DNA of 64,000 nucleotides, taken from Patescibacteria group bacterium (GTDB lineage Bacteria; Patescibacteriota; Patescibacteriia; Patescibacteriales; BM507). The notes beneath the pieces were generated by a model. The model saw only the letters and a list, made by a program, of their open reading frames with translations. It ran no database searches and was not told where the DNA came from. Within the stretch, counting starts at the first letter, position 1; every line of letters starts with the position of its first letter. Below are positions 52,835 to 61,264 of this stretch, piece after piece. The position numbers and the translations under genes were made by a program. The stretch is taken from the NCBI GenBank assembly GCA_027858235.1, contig JAQIDC010000036.1, positions 10,664 through 74,663 on the forward strand. Direction: 5' to 3'.

Positions 52835-53157
52835 TTTTGTTTCCTTTTGATAATCACCCAATAATATCGCCAATGAGAAAGTGTGTGAATGAAAGCGATA
52901 ACAGCCATAACCATTCCTATTCTAACATGGAGAGTTAAGAGTTGCGGATAAGACATCACGATTAAACCATAGTCAATAATAACTGCCATCACTATCCCCA
53001 GAAATGCTGAAGCTAGAAATGTAAAGAGTAAAACCACATTCCAAAATCGTCTTTGGTTTATTTTCTTTACTTTTCCAAATTTAACAAGCAAAAATGACCC
53101 AAAATAAAAAAGAAGGGTGAAAAATATTATTGTTAGCGTGTTATAGGCCTCTGCCAT
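52831..53157 (-). CDS. Membrane protein (DUF4405-like His-containing helices); probable 3' half of a split gene
   Basis: Start placed at MAEAYNTL (ATG 53157). It has 3 TM with HVRIGMVMAVIAFIHTLSHWRYY and overlaps the upstream ORF by 17 nt in another frame. Confidence 0.55.
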   Translation of the reverse strand: MAEAYNTLTIIFFTLLFYFGSFLLVKFGKVKKINQRRFWNVVLLFTFLASAFLGIVMAVIIDYGLIVMSYPQLLTLHVRIGMVMAVIAFIHTLSHWRYYWVIIKRKQN

Positions 53158-53446
53158 AATTTTGATTTTGAGTGGTTGATCTATCACAAAGTTTGTCGTA
53201 GTTTTGGTCAGTAAACAGAGTGCAGCGACCTGGGAGAGCACAAGCAAGACCACGAGGGCAAGTATTAGCTAAATTAACTGATGGTTTATCTAAGTTTCCA
53301 TTACCATTCTTTATTATTTCATCATCATTGTCCTGTGTGTTATTTGTGGTATTGCTATCGCTAACTGAACAACCTTGAACAAAAATCATCACCAAAAGAT
53401 AGCCAATAAAATATATTGATGTTTTTTTAGATTTGAATATATTCAT
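53141..53446 (-). CDS. Lipoprotein with a Cys-rich CPRGL...C...C motif; probable 5' half of a split gene
   Basis: 101 aa with lipobox FVQGC, then CPRGLACALPGRCTLFTDQNYDKLCD. Confidence 0.55.
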   Translation of the reverse strand: MNIFKSKKTSIYFIGYLLVMIFVQGCSVSDSNTTNNTQDNDDEIIKNGNGNLDKPSVNLANTCPRGLACALPGRCTLFTDQNYDKLCDRSTTQNQNYGRGL

Positions 53447-53499
53447 AAATTTGATTTTAAAGTTTAAACATTATAACATATAAACATTAATTAAAAAAA

Positions 53500-53994
53500 A
53501 TGAGAGTCCCAACAAGAAAACCAGGTATTTATACTCACGACAAAAAAGACCCCCACATAACTGAGTCTAAGTATTGTAGTTTAAAAAATAAACTACAAGT
53601 TTTAAAAAGCAGAAGACCAGCCTTGATTGATGAGGTTAAAAGACTCGCTCTTGATGGAGATTTTTCTGAAAATCACGCCTACAGCCTAGCTAAAGGTAAA
53701 CTAAGAGGTCTTAATCAGAAAATGCTAGAGATAGAAAATCATCTCAAAAAATCAATAATCATAAAGAAATCAAAATCGAATTTTATTGAAATTGGGTCCA
53801 CAGTAGAGGTGGAGGTGAACGGGAAAATAAAAGAATTAACCATACTGGGATCAAGTGAAACAAATCCAAGCACTGGCATAATATCGCACCTCTCCCCAAT
53901 CGGTGAAGCCCTGATAAATAGAAAAGTTGGACATGAAATATCTCTAAATATTAAAGATAGAACAATAAAATATAAAATAATTAAAATAAAATAA
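53500..53994 (+). CDS. greA: Transcription elongation (transcript cleavage) factor GreA
   Basis: 164 aa with coiled-coil motif GDFSENHAYSLAKGKL and a C-terminal FKBP-like domain (ISHLSPIGEALINRKVG). Confidence 0.85.
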   Translation: MRVPTRKPGIYTHDKKDPHITESKYCSLKNKLQVLKSRRPALIDEVKRLALDGDFSENHAYSLAKGKLRGLNQKMLEIENHLKKSIIIKKSKSNFIEIGSTVEVEVNGKIKELTILGSSETNPSTGIISHLSPIGEALINRKVGHEISLNIKDRTIKYKIIKIK

Positions 53995-54026
53995 AACTGT
54001 GATTTAAAGGTCACAGTTTTATTTTT
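53993..54026. terminator. Bidirectional rho-independent terminator
   Basis: Stem AAAACTGTGA/TCACAGTTTT with an 8-nt loop, A/T runs on both sides, between convergent greA and the sensor gene. Confidence 0.75.
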
Positions 54027-54034
54027 AAAAATCT

Positions 54035-57000
54035 CTAAACTTTTTTCTTACTTTTATTCGTAGTCTTTTTGATATTTTCTAATTCCTTTATTGTTTTTTT
54101 CATTTCTCTCATCTTTAATTCTCTACCCACCACCAAATCATTAAACTTTTCCATCTCCTCAACTTTTTCCTCAAGTTTTTTCTTATCTTTTTTTTGCTCA
54201 ATTAGTAATTTTTCTTTTTCTTTATTAATTATTTCTTCTTTTTTGAGTTGATTTTTAATAAATTCGGCCGTATTCCTTACTTCAGATGTTTTCTTATCAA
54301 CTTCTTTTCTTAATGACTTTGTTAAAAAATAACTAAAGAAAATTCCAGTAACTGCAAATGAGGCTAGAGCTATAAAAGTAAAAAACCAAATATTTTTCAT
54401 AGCACTATCTAATCCATGATATGCTTCCTTTTCTTCCCATACTGTAAGTAGAAAAATCTTTTTGTCTACAGCCTCAATTGGTTGATAATTAACTACTTGA
54501 TTTTCTCCATTAATAACAAATTCTATATATCCCTCTTTTTCTTCTTTAAAAATACTTTCTAAATCATTTTTTACTGCTTTGTATTTTTCCAATGTTAGAA
54601 TATTTTTTCCAAGATAATCATTAATCCCTGAGGTAATAATGTTCCCATCAGTTTCCAGCAAAAAAGATTCATTATTATGAATATGTTCAAGAAAGAAAGA
54701 AAGACTGCCAAAAAAATCGTTTGCATTAATAAATGAATCGACAATACCGTCAAAGTCTCCATTCTTGATTACTGGATATTGGAAGGCAATGCCTGGAAAC
54801 CCCTGTACTGCGTCAAAGATATCACTAAATACGGGACTCATAGTTTTCTTGAGCTTGATAACGTGTTCCTGCCCACCAATATCAATCCCAATTGCAGAAT
54901 CATCATTCGGATAAATATATTTTATAATATTGTCTTTATCTATTCTGGTAAAAGCGTGGACATAATCCTTGTTCCTCTCATAAGCTCCTTTCAATAAACT
55001 CAATCGGCATTCTTCACTGCAATCATCATTTGAATAATTTTCAGATATATATTCTAACTCCTTTTCCATATCTTCAAATAGCTCAAGAAGTTTTTCTGAC
55101 AAAAGATTACCTATCTCAAAATATTGTTTTCTATGGTTGTCTTTAAATTGACTCTTTAAATTATTAATAGTTGAGATAGAACCAAAAATGAACATCCCAC
55201 CAACTAGACTGAATAGAAAAATAAGAATTATTATCAAACTTGTTCTTTCTAGCTTCAAAATTTTAAAATAATATAATAATACTAAAAGAAACACAACAAC
55301 CACTAAAATAGAAATAAACAAATATATATATCTAAGATAATTAAAATTAAGAACTTCATTATTTTTCTGAACCAAGTCCTGGTCAGGCTCAATAAACTCT
55401 TTCTCATATTCATCTAAATACGTGGTGGCAGCAACACTTAGCCCAATACCGTCAGCCGTCTTAGCATCTACTATTGCGATATACATATACTTTTGAGTTA
55501 TAGTCCCATCTGCCTCTTCCCATGCATAGACTCCATCAGAAACAAGCCCACCCTCTGATTTGGACATAACATCCCAAAAACCTGGGAGCTTATTCTTTAA
55601 GGTATGTAAATCTAAATCTACTATTGCTGGATTAGTATGGTAGCGAGCCACTAAAGTATTATAATCAGTCACTGCAGTATAACCAGTTTTCCCAACTAAC
55701 TGCACGGCGATTTTCTGAAAATATGGGTCTTCTTGAAAATCTTTCACTGTCATTTCCGGGTTTCCTCTTAGGTAAATTTCCACTTGCTTAGCAACATCCT
55801 CCGCTTTTTGCTTTATAGCTAATTTTGAATATTCAAAGGAGTTCTTAATATTATATTCCTCTATATATTCTTCCGCGGTTTTTTTATCGATATATGAAGT
55901 AGCTCCTACAAATAGTTTCTTATTATCTGCTGTGGGGGTATCCACACAAGCCGTAACCATATATTTATCTGTTAAAGTCCCATTGCTTTCTTCCCATTCA
56001 TAATATCCAGATGAGTTTTTGCATTTAGGTCCAATTGATCCGCCATGAATTTTCCACCAATCAGGGAGTTGTTCTTTTAAAAGATGGGAATCTGTATTTA
56101 CTAATTTCTCTTGTGGATGAAGATAAAAATAACCTGATTCGCTATCCACAAGCCCTGTGTAACCTTCATCTCCGAGCCTTTGAACAGCAATAGATTTAAA
56201 AACATCATCTTTTTGCAAATCTTCAATCGTGAGCTCGGGGTGATTTATTAAGTACTCATCAATTTTTTCGGCAGTTTCCTTTGCGTACGATTGAATAAAT
56301 TCTACATCAACAGATTTATTTTCAACGAGAATCGGAGCTATCCATTCATTGTATATTTCATCAAATTGCCCACTAATGATAATTTTTGACAATCCATCAT
56401 TAAGCCTAGTTAATAATTCTGCATTCCCTTCTTGCACAGCAAAAGTAAAGTCTTGTTTGAAATTATCAATTTGAGAGACTGCAATAACATTATTTATTCC
56501 TAATTTTTTTATTAGTTGTTTTCCGACTATTTCTTGAATAATAATTGCGTCATATTTTCCTTCAGCCAGTAGAGTAAATGCTTCCTCATAGCTCTCAACT
56601 GCAATAATGTTATCTGATACCTTCTCGCGTCGTGCAAATTCCTCGGCATTATCTCCTGCCATTACAAGCACTTCTTTCCCCCATAGGTCAGATAATTTAT
56701 TTATATTATCATGATCTCTTCTAACAAAAATATTTCCATAAATAGAAATATAGGGAACGGTAAAATCATACAAGACTTCTCGCTCTGGAGTTCTCCCAAC
56801 CAAAGGTAATACGTCAATTCTTCCTTCTGTCAAATCTTCTTTTATTTCAGACCAAGGTCCAACATAAAACTCAACATCTAGATCCACAGCTTTAAGCGTA
56901 GCCTCTAATAACTCAACAGAAAAACCATCTGCTTGACCATCGTTAATAACAGAAAAAGGTGGATAATCGTATTCTGTTGCTGATTTAATAGTTGGAGTGG

Positions 57001-57115
57001 TTACTTCTCCATCAACAAAAAAATTGTCATTGCCGACAGCATTAACATGACTAAAGGTTATTAAACCTGAAAAAATTAATAGTCCTAAAAATAAAATCCT
57101 CCTTGTTATATTCAT
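54035..57115 (-). CDS. Multi-domain extracytoplasmic sensor-like protein lacking a recognisable output domain
   Basis: 1026 aa, in order: signal peptide; SBP_bac_3-like domain (EYDYPPFSV...GFSVELL); two paralogous sCache-like domains; TM hairpin; a third Cache-like region; a final TM; then ~90 aa of K/E coiled coil. Confidence 0.7.
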   Translation of the reverse strand: MNITRRILFLGLLIFSGLITFSHVNAVGNDNFFVDGEVTTPTIKSATEYDYPPFSVINDGQADGFSVELLEATLKAVDLDVEFYVGPWSEIKEDLTEGRIDVLPLVGRTPEREVLYDFTVPYISIYGNIFVRRDHDNINKLSDLWGKEVLVMAGDNAEEFARREKVSDNIIAVESYEEAFTLLAEGKYDAIIIQEIVGKQLIKKLGINNVIAVSQIDNFKQDFTFAVQEGNAELLTRLNDGLSKIIISGQFDEIYNEWIAPILVENKSVDVEFIQSYAKETAEKIDEYLINHPELTIEDLQKDDVFKSIAVQRLGDEGYTGLVDSESGYFYLHPQEKLVNTDSHLLKEQLPDWWKIHGGSIGPKCKNSSGYYEWEESNGTLTDKYMVTACVDTPTADNKKLFVGATSYIDKKTAEEYIEEYNIKNSFEYSKLAIKQKAEDVAKQVEIYLRGNPEMTVKDFQEDPYFQKIAVQLVGKTGYTAVTDYNTLVARYHTNPAIVDLDLHTLKNKLPGFWDVMSKSEGGLVSDGVYAWEEADGTITQKYMYIAIVDAKTADGIGLSVAATTYLDEYEKEFIEPDQDLVQKNNEVLNFNYLRYIYLFISILVVVVFLLVLLYYFKILKLERTSLIIILIFLFSLVGGMFIFGSISTINNLKSQFKDNHRKQYFEIGNLLSEKLLELFEDMEKELEYISENYSNDDCSEECRLSLLKGAYERNKDYVHAFTRIDKDNIIKYIYPNDDSAIGIDIGGQEHVIKLKKTMSPVFSDIFDAVQGFPGIAFQYPVIKNGDFDGIVDSFINANDFFGSLSFFLEHIHNNESFLLETDGNIITSGINDYLGKNILTLEKYKAVKNDLESIFKEEKEGYIEFVINGENQVVNYQPIEAVDKKIFLLTVWEEKEAYHGLDSAMKNIWFFTFIALASFAVTGIFFSYFLTKSLRKEVDKKTSEVRNTAEFIKNQLKKEEIINKEKEKLLIEQKKDKKKLEEKVEEMEKFNDLVVGRELKMREMKKTIKELENIKKTTNKSKKKV

Positions 57116-57216
57116 TTAATTATTATACCACAAAAAAACTCTATTTGTAATAAATATGATGGTTTAGAACAACAACTATTTTAAAACTCTGTTTTTGCGT
57201 TTAAAGACAAAATATT

Positions 57217-58257
57217 TTATCTTCCTCTTCCTCTCCCATTATTCACTTTCGATGGATCTTCCTTGTTGGGCCCCTTCATTTTAATAAAATGTTTAGCATT
57301 ATTTGTAATAGCTTTTGTTGAATTTATAATACCATTTATATTTTTTTGATCTTCATTCTCTATGGCTTCAGTAACAGTCTCCACTCTCTTGTCTAGTTTC
57401 TCGAAAAGAGCTTCAACGTCTGTTTCGTCATAGTCATCATCTTTTAAATCAATCTTTAGAGCTTCAACTTTTTCTTTAAGTTCCAAAAGTCTCTCAGTAT
57501 TTTCTAGGTCTTCTGTTATTCTATCGCTACTATTTTCTCCTTGTCCCATCAGTCTGTCGTCTGATTCAAGATTATTTGAACGTATTTGTCCATTATTAAA
57601 TTTTGTAGAACTAGCATTTCTCATCATTTCACCCCTTCCGTTATTATTCACTTGAATATTTTCTCCAATGTTATCCATCGCCGATGCAATATTTTCTACT
57701 AATTCATCATCCTCTTCAATACCGACAAAAGATGCTATGTTATTTAGCTTTTCTCTTTGATTTATACGACTTTGTTCGCTTCCATCTCCTTCTTTAAAAG
57801 CGATCTCTCTAGCCTTTTCCTTCAAAGCAACTGCCGCCTTAATTGTATTTGAGATAGCCACTCTGTCTTCATTTTCTTTTATGTTTTCACTCAAAACTTC
57901 TGCTTCACTCAGCCTTCTTTCAGAAAATTTTTCATATTTTTCTTGCTTTTCAATATCAGTATTCGCTACTTTTAATTCAATCTTTTCTATAGCTAATTTA
58001 ACAGGATATAAAATATGTTTTTCATTTACCCCAGGGCTTGCATAACTATACAAAGGGAGTCCAAACAATAAAGATAGAAGTAAAACAAAAGAGATAGCTC
58101 TATGTTGAAATTTCCTATTCAAAAGAAATTCAAAACTAAAACTTTCCTGAATAATCAAAACATATAGTTTATATTTCAAATTCATTTTTTTTACCAAACT
58201 CATTTTAGGTTTTGGTAAGCTATTCAATTGTTTATCTAACTTATTCATATTATTCAA
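57217..58257 (-). CDS. Membrane-anchored DUF5667-like protein, putative anti-sigma partner
   Basis: 346 aa with one TM (ISFVLLLSLLFGLPLY). YPVKLAIEKIELKVA...FSERRLSEAEVL resembles the DUF5667 consensus as I recall it. It overlaps the sigma gene by 8 nt. It has no Cys, so no ZAS motif. Confidence 0.5.
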   Translation of the reverse strand: MNNMNKLDKQLNSLPKPKMSLVKKMNLKYKLYVLIIQESFSFEFLLNRKFQHRAISFVLLLSLLFGLPLYSYASPGVNEKHILYPVKLAIEKIELKVANTDIEKQEKYEKFSERRLSEAEVLSENIKENEDRVAISNTIKAAVALKEKAREIAFKEGDGSEQSRINQREKLNNIASFVGIEEDDELVENIASAMDNIGENIQVNNNGRGEMMRNASSTKFNNGQIRSNNLESDDRLMGQGENSSDRITEDLENTERLLELKEKVEALKIDLKDDDYDETDVEALFEKLDKRVETVTEAIENEDQKNINGIINSTKAITNNAKHFIKMKGPNKEDPSKVNNGRGRGR

Positions 58258-58735
58258 TATCTTCTCTTAATTTATTCAGAGCTCTGTTCAGCTGTACTCT
58301 AACCGCATTCACCTCTTTGTCTAAAATTTCGGCTATCTCCTTGTTGTCCAGTTCGTCAACATATCTCATTATTACAACTTCTCTTGAATAATCATCCAAT
58401 TTTCCAATATGCTTCATTATTCGCTCAACCTCAATGCTTGTATTTATTTTTTGCAAAGTTTCAACTGATAGATCCAGAGCACTCTCAAGGTCAACTTCCC
58501 TCCCTCTCGTTCTATAGTGATTTAACAAATGATTTTTAGCTATTCTGTATATCCAGGACTGAAAAGATCTAGTTTCATCGAAGCTATCATGACTCTTAAA
58601 TGCTTTCAAAAATATTTCCGAGCACAAATCCTCTGCCGTTGTCTTATCAAAACCAACTCGATACCAAATATAGGCATAAATCTTATCAACATACTTATTA
58701 TAGTTCGCTAGAAAATTTTTATTGTCTTTTGACAT
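58250..58735 (-). CDS. ECF-type RNA polymerase sigma factor (sigma-70 regions 2 and 4)
   Basis: 161 aa. Region 2: FLKAFKSHDSFDETRSFQSWIYRIAKNHLLNHYR. Region 4: VVIMRYVDELDNKEIAEILDKEVNAVRVQLNRALNKLR. Confidence 0.88.
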   Translation of the reverse strand: MSKDNKNFLANYNKYVDKIYAYIWYRVGFDKTTAEDLCSEIFLKAFKSHDSFDETRSFQSWIYRIAKNHLLNHYRTRGREVDLESALDLSVETLQKINTSIEVERIMKHIGKLDDYSREVVIMRYVDELDNKEIAEILDKEVNAVRVQLNRALNKLREDIE

Positions 58736-58757
58736 AAACCTGTTAAATACTCAGATA

Positions 58758-58766
58758 ATTATAGCA
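58758..58766 (-). promoter_or_regulatory. Extended -10 element (TGCTATAAT) upstream of the sigma gene
   Basis: Minus strand reads TGCTATAAT 22 nt upstream of ATG 58735, the same nonamer as at 38059-38067. No clear -35. Confidence 0.4.
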
Positions 58767-58865
58767 CTTTAGCAGTAAATCATCTTTTTTTCAACTGGCT
58801 TACCTTTTATATGAGATTCTTTTATATTATTTTTTGGCCCAGGCCACCTTCTCTGCCTTCGTCAT

Positions 58866-60419
58866 TCACCTTGTCTTTCCTCTACTTTTGTTCAATGAGC
58901 TCATTATACTTCCTTTTTCTTGTCCTGACATTTTACCACTCTTTTTTAATGAGTTTGTAAGGTGAGCCATTTCACTAACGTATTGACCGTGATTTTTGTA
59001 GCCATTATCTTCACCCTCATATTCTCCATTGTGATTTTGGTGTTGATATTGATATGAATAGCCGTCACCGTCATTATCGCAATCGCCATCTCCATCACAG
59101 TCGCAATTACAATCATTGTCGTTATTATTAACGCCTTCATCAATTCTACCATCGCAATCATTATCAATGTTATCATCAAGTTCCGTAGCCCCAGGATAAA
59201 CTGTATCATTATTATCATCACAATCATCGTCATTATCAACGTAACCGATTGGAGTATCAAATGCTTCAACAAAGCTAAGAGCATTTCCGTAACCATCTCC
59301 GTCGTTGTCAACATAATAAGTATTAAATACTTCATCAACAATTTCGTTGCAATTATTATCAATATCATCATCAAGTTCAGAAGCTCCTGGATAAACTGTA
59401 TTATTGTTATTATCACAGTCACCATCGTTAGCCACATAGTTATTTTCAGCAACGCAAGCAAGTATTATATTAGTGTCAATACCATAGCCATCGCCATCAC
59501 CATCGTAATAAAAAGTACTTTTAACATTCTCATCGATTAAACTATCGCAATCATTATCAATACCATCACAAACTTCACCAGCATTTGGATAGATGCTTGA
59601 ATCATTATCATTACAATCAATATTATTTTCTACAAAACCTTCTGGAGCTTCCATGGCAATACTTGTGCTAGCATCACTTCCATATCCATCTCCGTCCTCG
59701 TCAATATAAAATGTTCTATCAACAAAGCCCTCATCAACATCACTATCACAATCGTCATCAATTGAGTTATAAATTTCTGTTGCTCCTGGGTATACATCCA
59801 TATCATCATCATTACAATCATCATTCAATGAAGCATATCCGACAGGTGCTGCGCAGGACTCAGTAGTACTAGCAGTAAATCCATATCCGTCAGCATCATC
59901 GTCTAGATAATAAGTAGTTGTTACTCCTTCATCAACACTCCCATCACAATTTTGATCAACTCCATCACAAATTTCAGTAGCATTAGGATTTGTACTTGAA
60001 GCCATATCATCACAATCGCCACTTACTTCTACATAATCGATACTTGGAGCCGAGCAAGCTAGTGTTGAAGTACCAATTTCTCCAAAACCATCAGCATCAA
60101 AATCATAATAATAAGCTGTTTGGACTCCTTCATCATCTATATCCCCACTACAATTATTGTCTACTCCGTCGCAAAGCTCATCTGCTTCAGGGTGGATTGA
60201 ACTATCATTATCATCACAATCACTAGAATCTAAAACATAACCAGATGGAGAAGTTGTACTAGCAATTGAAACAGCAGAATCTCCATACCCATCACCGTCT
60301 GTGTCTAGATAATAAGTTTGCGTAGTGTCGGCATTTACAGCAAATAGAACTCCTGCTCCAAAAACTAAAGAAAGTGAAACAAGCGCTACATTCGCCAAAA
60401 GATTGTTTGTAAATTTCAT
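58866..60419 (-). CDS. Secreted Asp/Cys-rich protein with six MopE-like putative metal-binding repeats
   Basis: 517 aa with a signal peptide and six ~65-aa repeats (Y.D.DGDGYG ... DCDD.D..I.PGA.E.CDG.DNDCD..IDE). The tail is DCNCDCDGDGDCDNDGDGY followed by an H/Q/Y/N-rich segment. Confidence 0.8.
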   Translation of the reverse strand: MKFTNNLLANVALVSLSLVFGAGVLFAVNADTTQTYYLDTDGDGYGDSAVSIASTTSPSGYVLDSSDCDDNDSSIHPEADELCDGVDNNCSGDIDDEGVQTAYYYDFDADGFGEIGTSTLACSAPSIDYVEVSGDCDDMASSTNPNATEICDGVDQNCDGSVDEGVTTTYYLDDDADGYGFTASTTESCAAPVGYASLNDDCNDDDMDVYPGATEIYNSIDDDCDSDVDEGFVDRTFYIDEDGDGYGSDASTSIAMEAPEGFVENNIDCNDNDSSIYPNAGEVCDGIDNDCDSLIDENVKSTFYYDGDGDGYGIDTNIILACVAENNYVANDGDCDNNNNTVYPGASELDDDIDNNCNEIVDEVFNTYYVDNDGDGYGNALSFVEAFDTPIGYVDNDDDCDDNNDTVYPGATELDDNIDNDCDGRIDEGVNNNDNDCNCDCDGDGDCDNDGDGYSYQYQHQNHNGEYEGEDNGYKNHGQYVSEMAHLTNSLKKSGKMSGQEKGSIMSSLNKSRGKTR

Positions 60420-60483
60420 ATATTTGTATTATTAATTAATACTCCTTGTACTAAATAATACACAAAAAAACTGCAATCATTAC

Positions 60484-60499
60484 ATTGGCTAATTGGCTA
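60484..60499. repeat. Tandem octamer ATTGGCTA x2
   Basis: Read directly; 11 nt 3' of the DUF1624 stop codon (60511). Confidence 0.6.
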
Positions 60500-60510
60500 A
60501 TATTAAAGAC

Positions 60511-61263
60511 TTAAATTAAAGTAGAAATATAAAATAGTAGAAATAAGACTGGTTGGTGAGCTAAATATACAAACAAGGAGTTCTTTCCCAAATAAGACAT
60601 ACTTTTTGACACAAAGTTGTTGTTTTCAAAATTGAATATATATAACCTATCACTACCCTTGTAAAACAATTGCGCCCAGAAAATGCCAAACAATACTATT
60701 CCAAACCAAGGAAATATTGGAAAATAATCTAATGTTGAAAAATTTTCTGGGATGAAACCAAAAGGTAATACAAGGTGAATGACGAAGTCAGAGAGGGTGG
60801 CCTGGGCCAAATAAGAAAAATCAAAATAGTTATTTTTCAATATCCCCCCGCCAACAATAAACAAAACACCAATAAATAAATTTAGATACCTTAGTTTAAT
60901 AAAAAAATAAGAGAGAACAATTGCTACACCTATGAAATGTAGTATTCCAAATATTATGTATTCACTGGGAAATATAATTCTTGTAACGATGGTTATTAAG
61001 ACCCCAAAAGAAAAAACTTTCAAACCTCTTTTTAAAAACGTTCTAAACTCTGGATTGGATTTTTGAGAACTCAAGAATGACGAAACACCAACCAAAAATA
61101 TAAACAGAGAAGCAGTCAAGGTTTGAAATATTTTCCAAAAACCAAAACCAAAATTGACTTCAACGCTATAAAAATAATTCAAATCCCAAACAAAATGAAA
61201 AACGACCATCATAAGAATAGCCACCCCTCTCATAAAATCAATTTCCCAAAATCTTTTAGACAT
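60511..61263 (-). CDS. DUF1624 / heparan-alpha-glucosaminide N-acetyltransferase-like membrane acyltransferase
   Basis: 250 aa, polytopic, with N-terminal RFWEIDFMRGVAILMMVVFHF, typical of the family. Confidence 0.7.
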   Translation of the reverse strand: MSKRFWEIDFMRGVAILMMVVFHFVWDLNYFYSVEVNFGFGFWKIFQTLTASLFIFLVGVSSFLSSQKSNPEFRTFLKRGLKVFSFGVLITIVTRIIFPSEYIIFGILHFIGVAIVLSYFFIKLRYLNLFIGVLFIVGGGILKNNYFDFSYLAQATLSDFVIHLVLPFGFIPENFSTLDYFPIFPWFGIVLFGIFWAQLFYKGSDRLYIFNFENNNFVSKSMSYLGKNSLFVYLAHQPVLFLLFYISTLI

Positions 61264-61264
61264 A

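Noticed and set aside
58946-59461. 171-aa ORF (and the 59630-59824 and 59990-60226 ORFs) inside the MopE-like gene.
   Set aside because: These are alternative or antisense frames of a highly repetitive GAT/AAT-rich coding region. Their low-complexity M/I/T/L translations have no SD. They are fully explained by the 517-aa repeat protein.
2096-60499. Considered whether the tandem 7-8-mer arrays could be CRISPR arrays or degenerate CRISPR remnants.
   Set aside because: The units are contiguous with no spacers and are only 7-14 nt long, with arrays of 42 nt or less. No cas genes are in the window.
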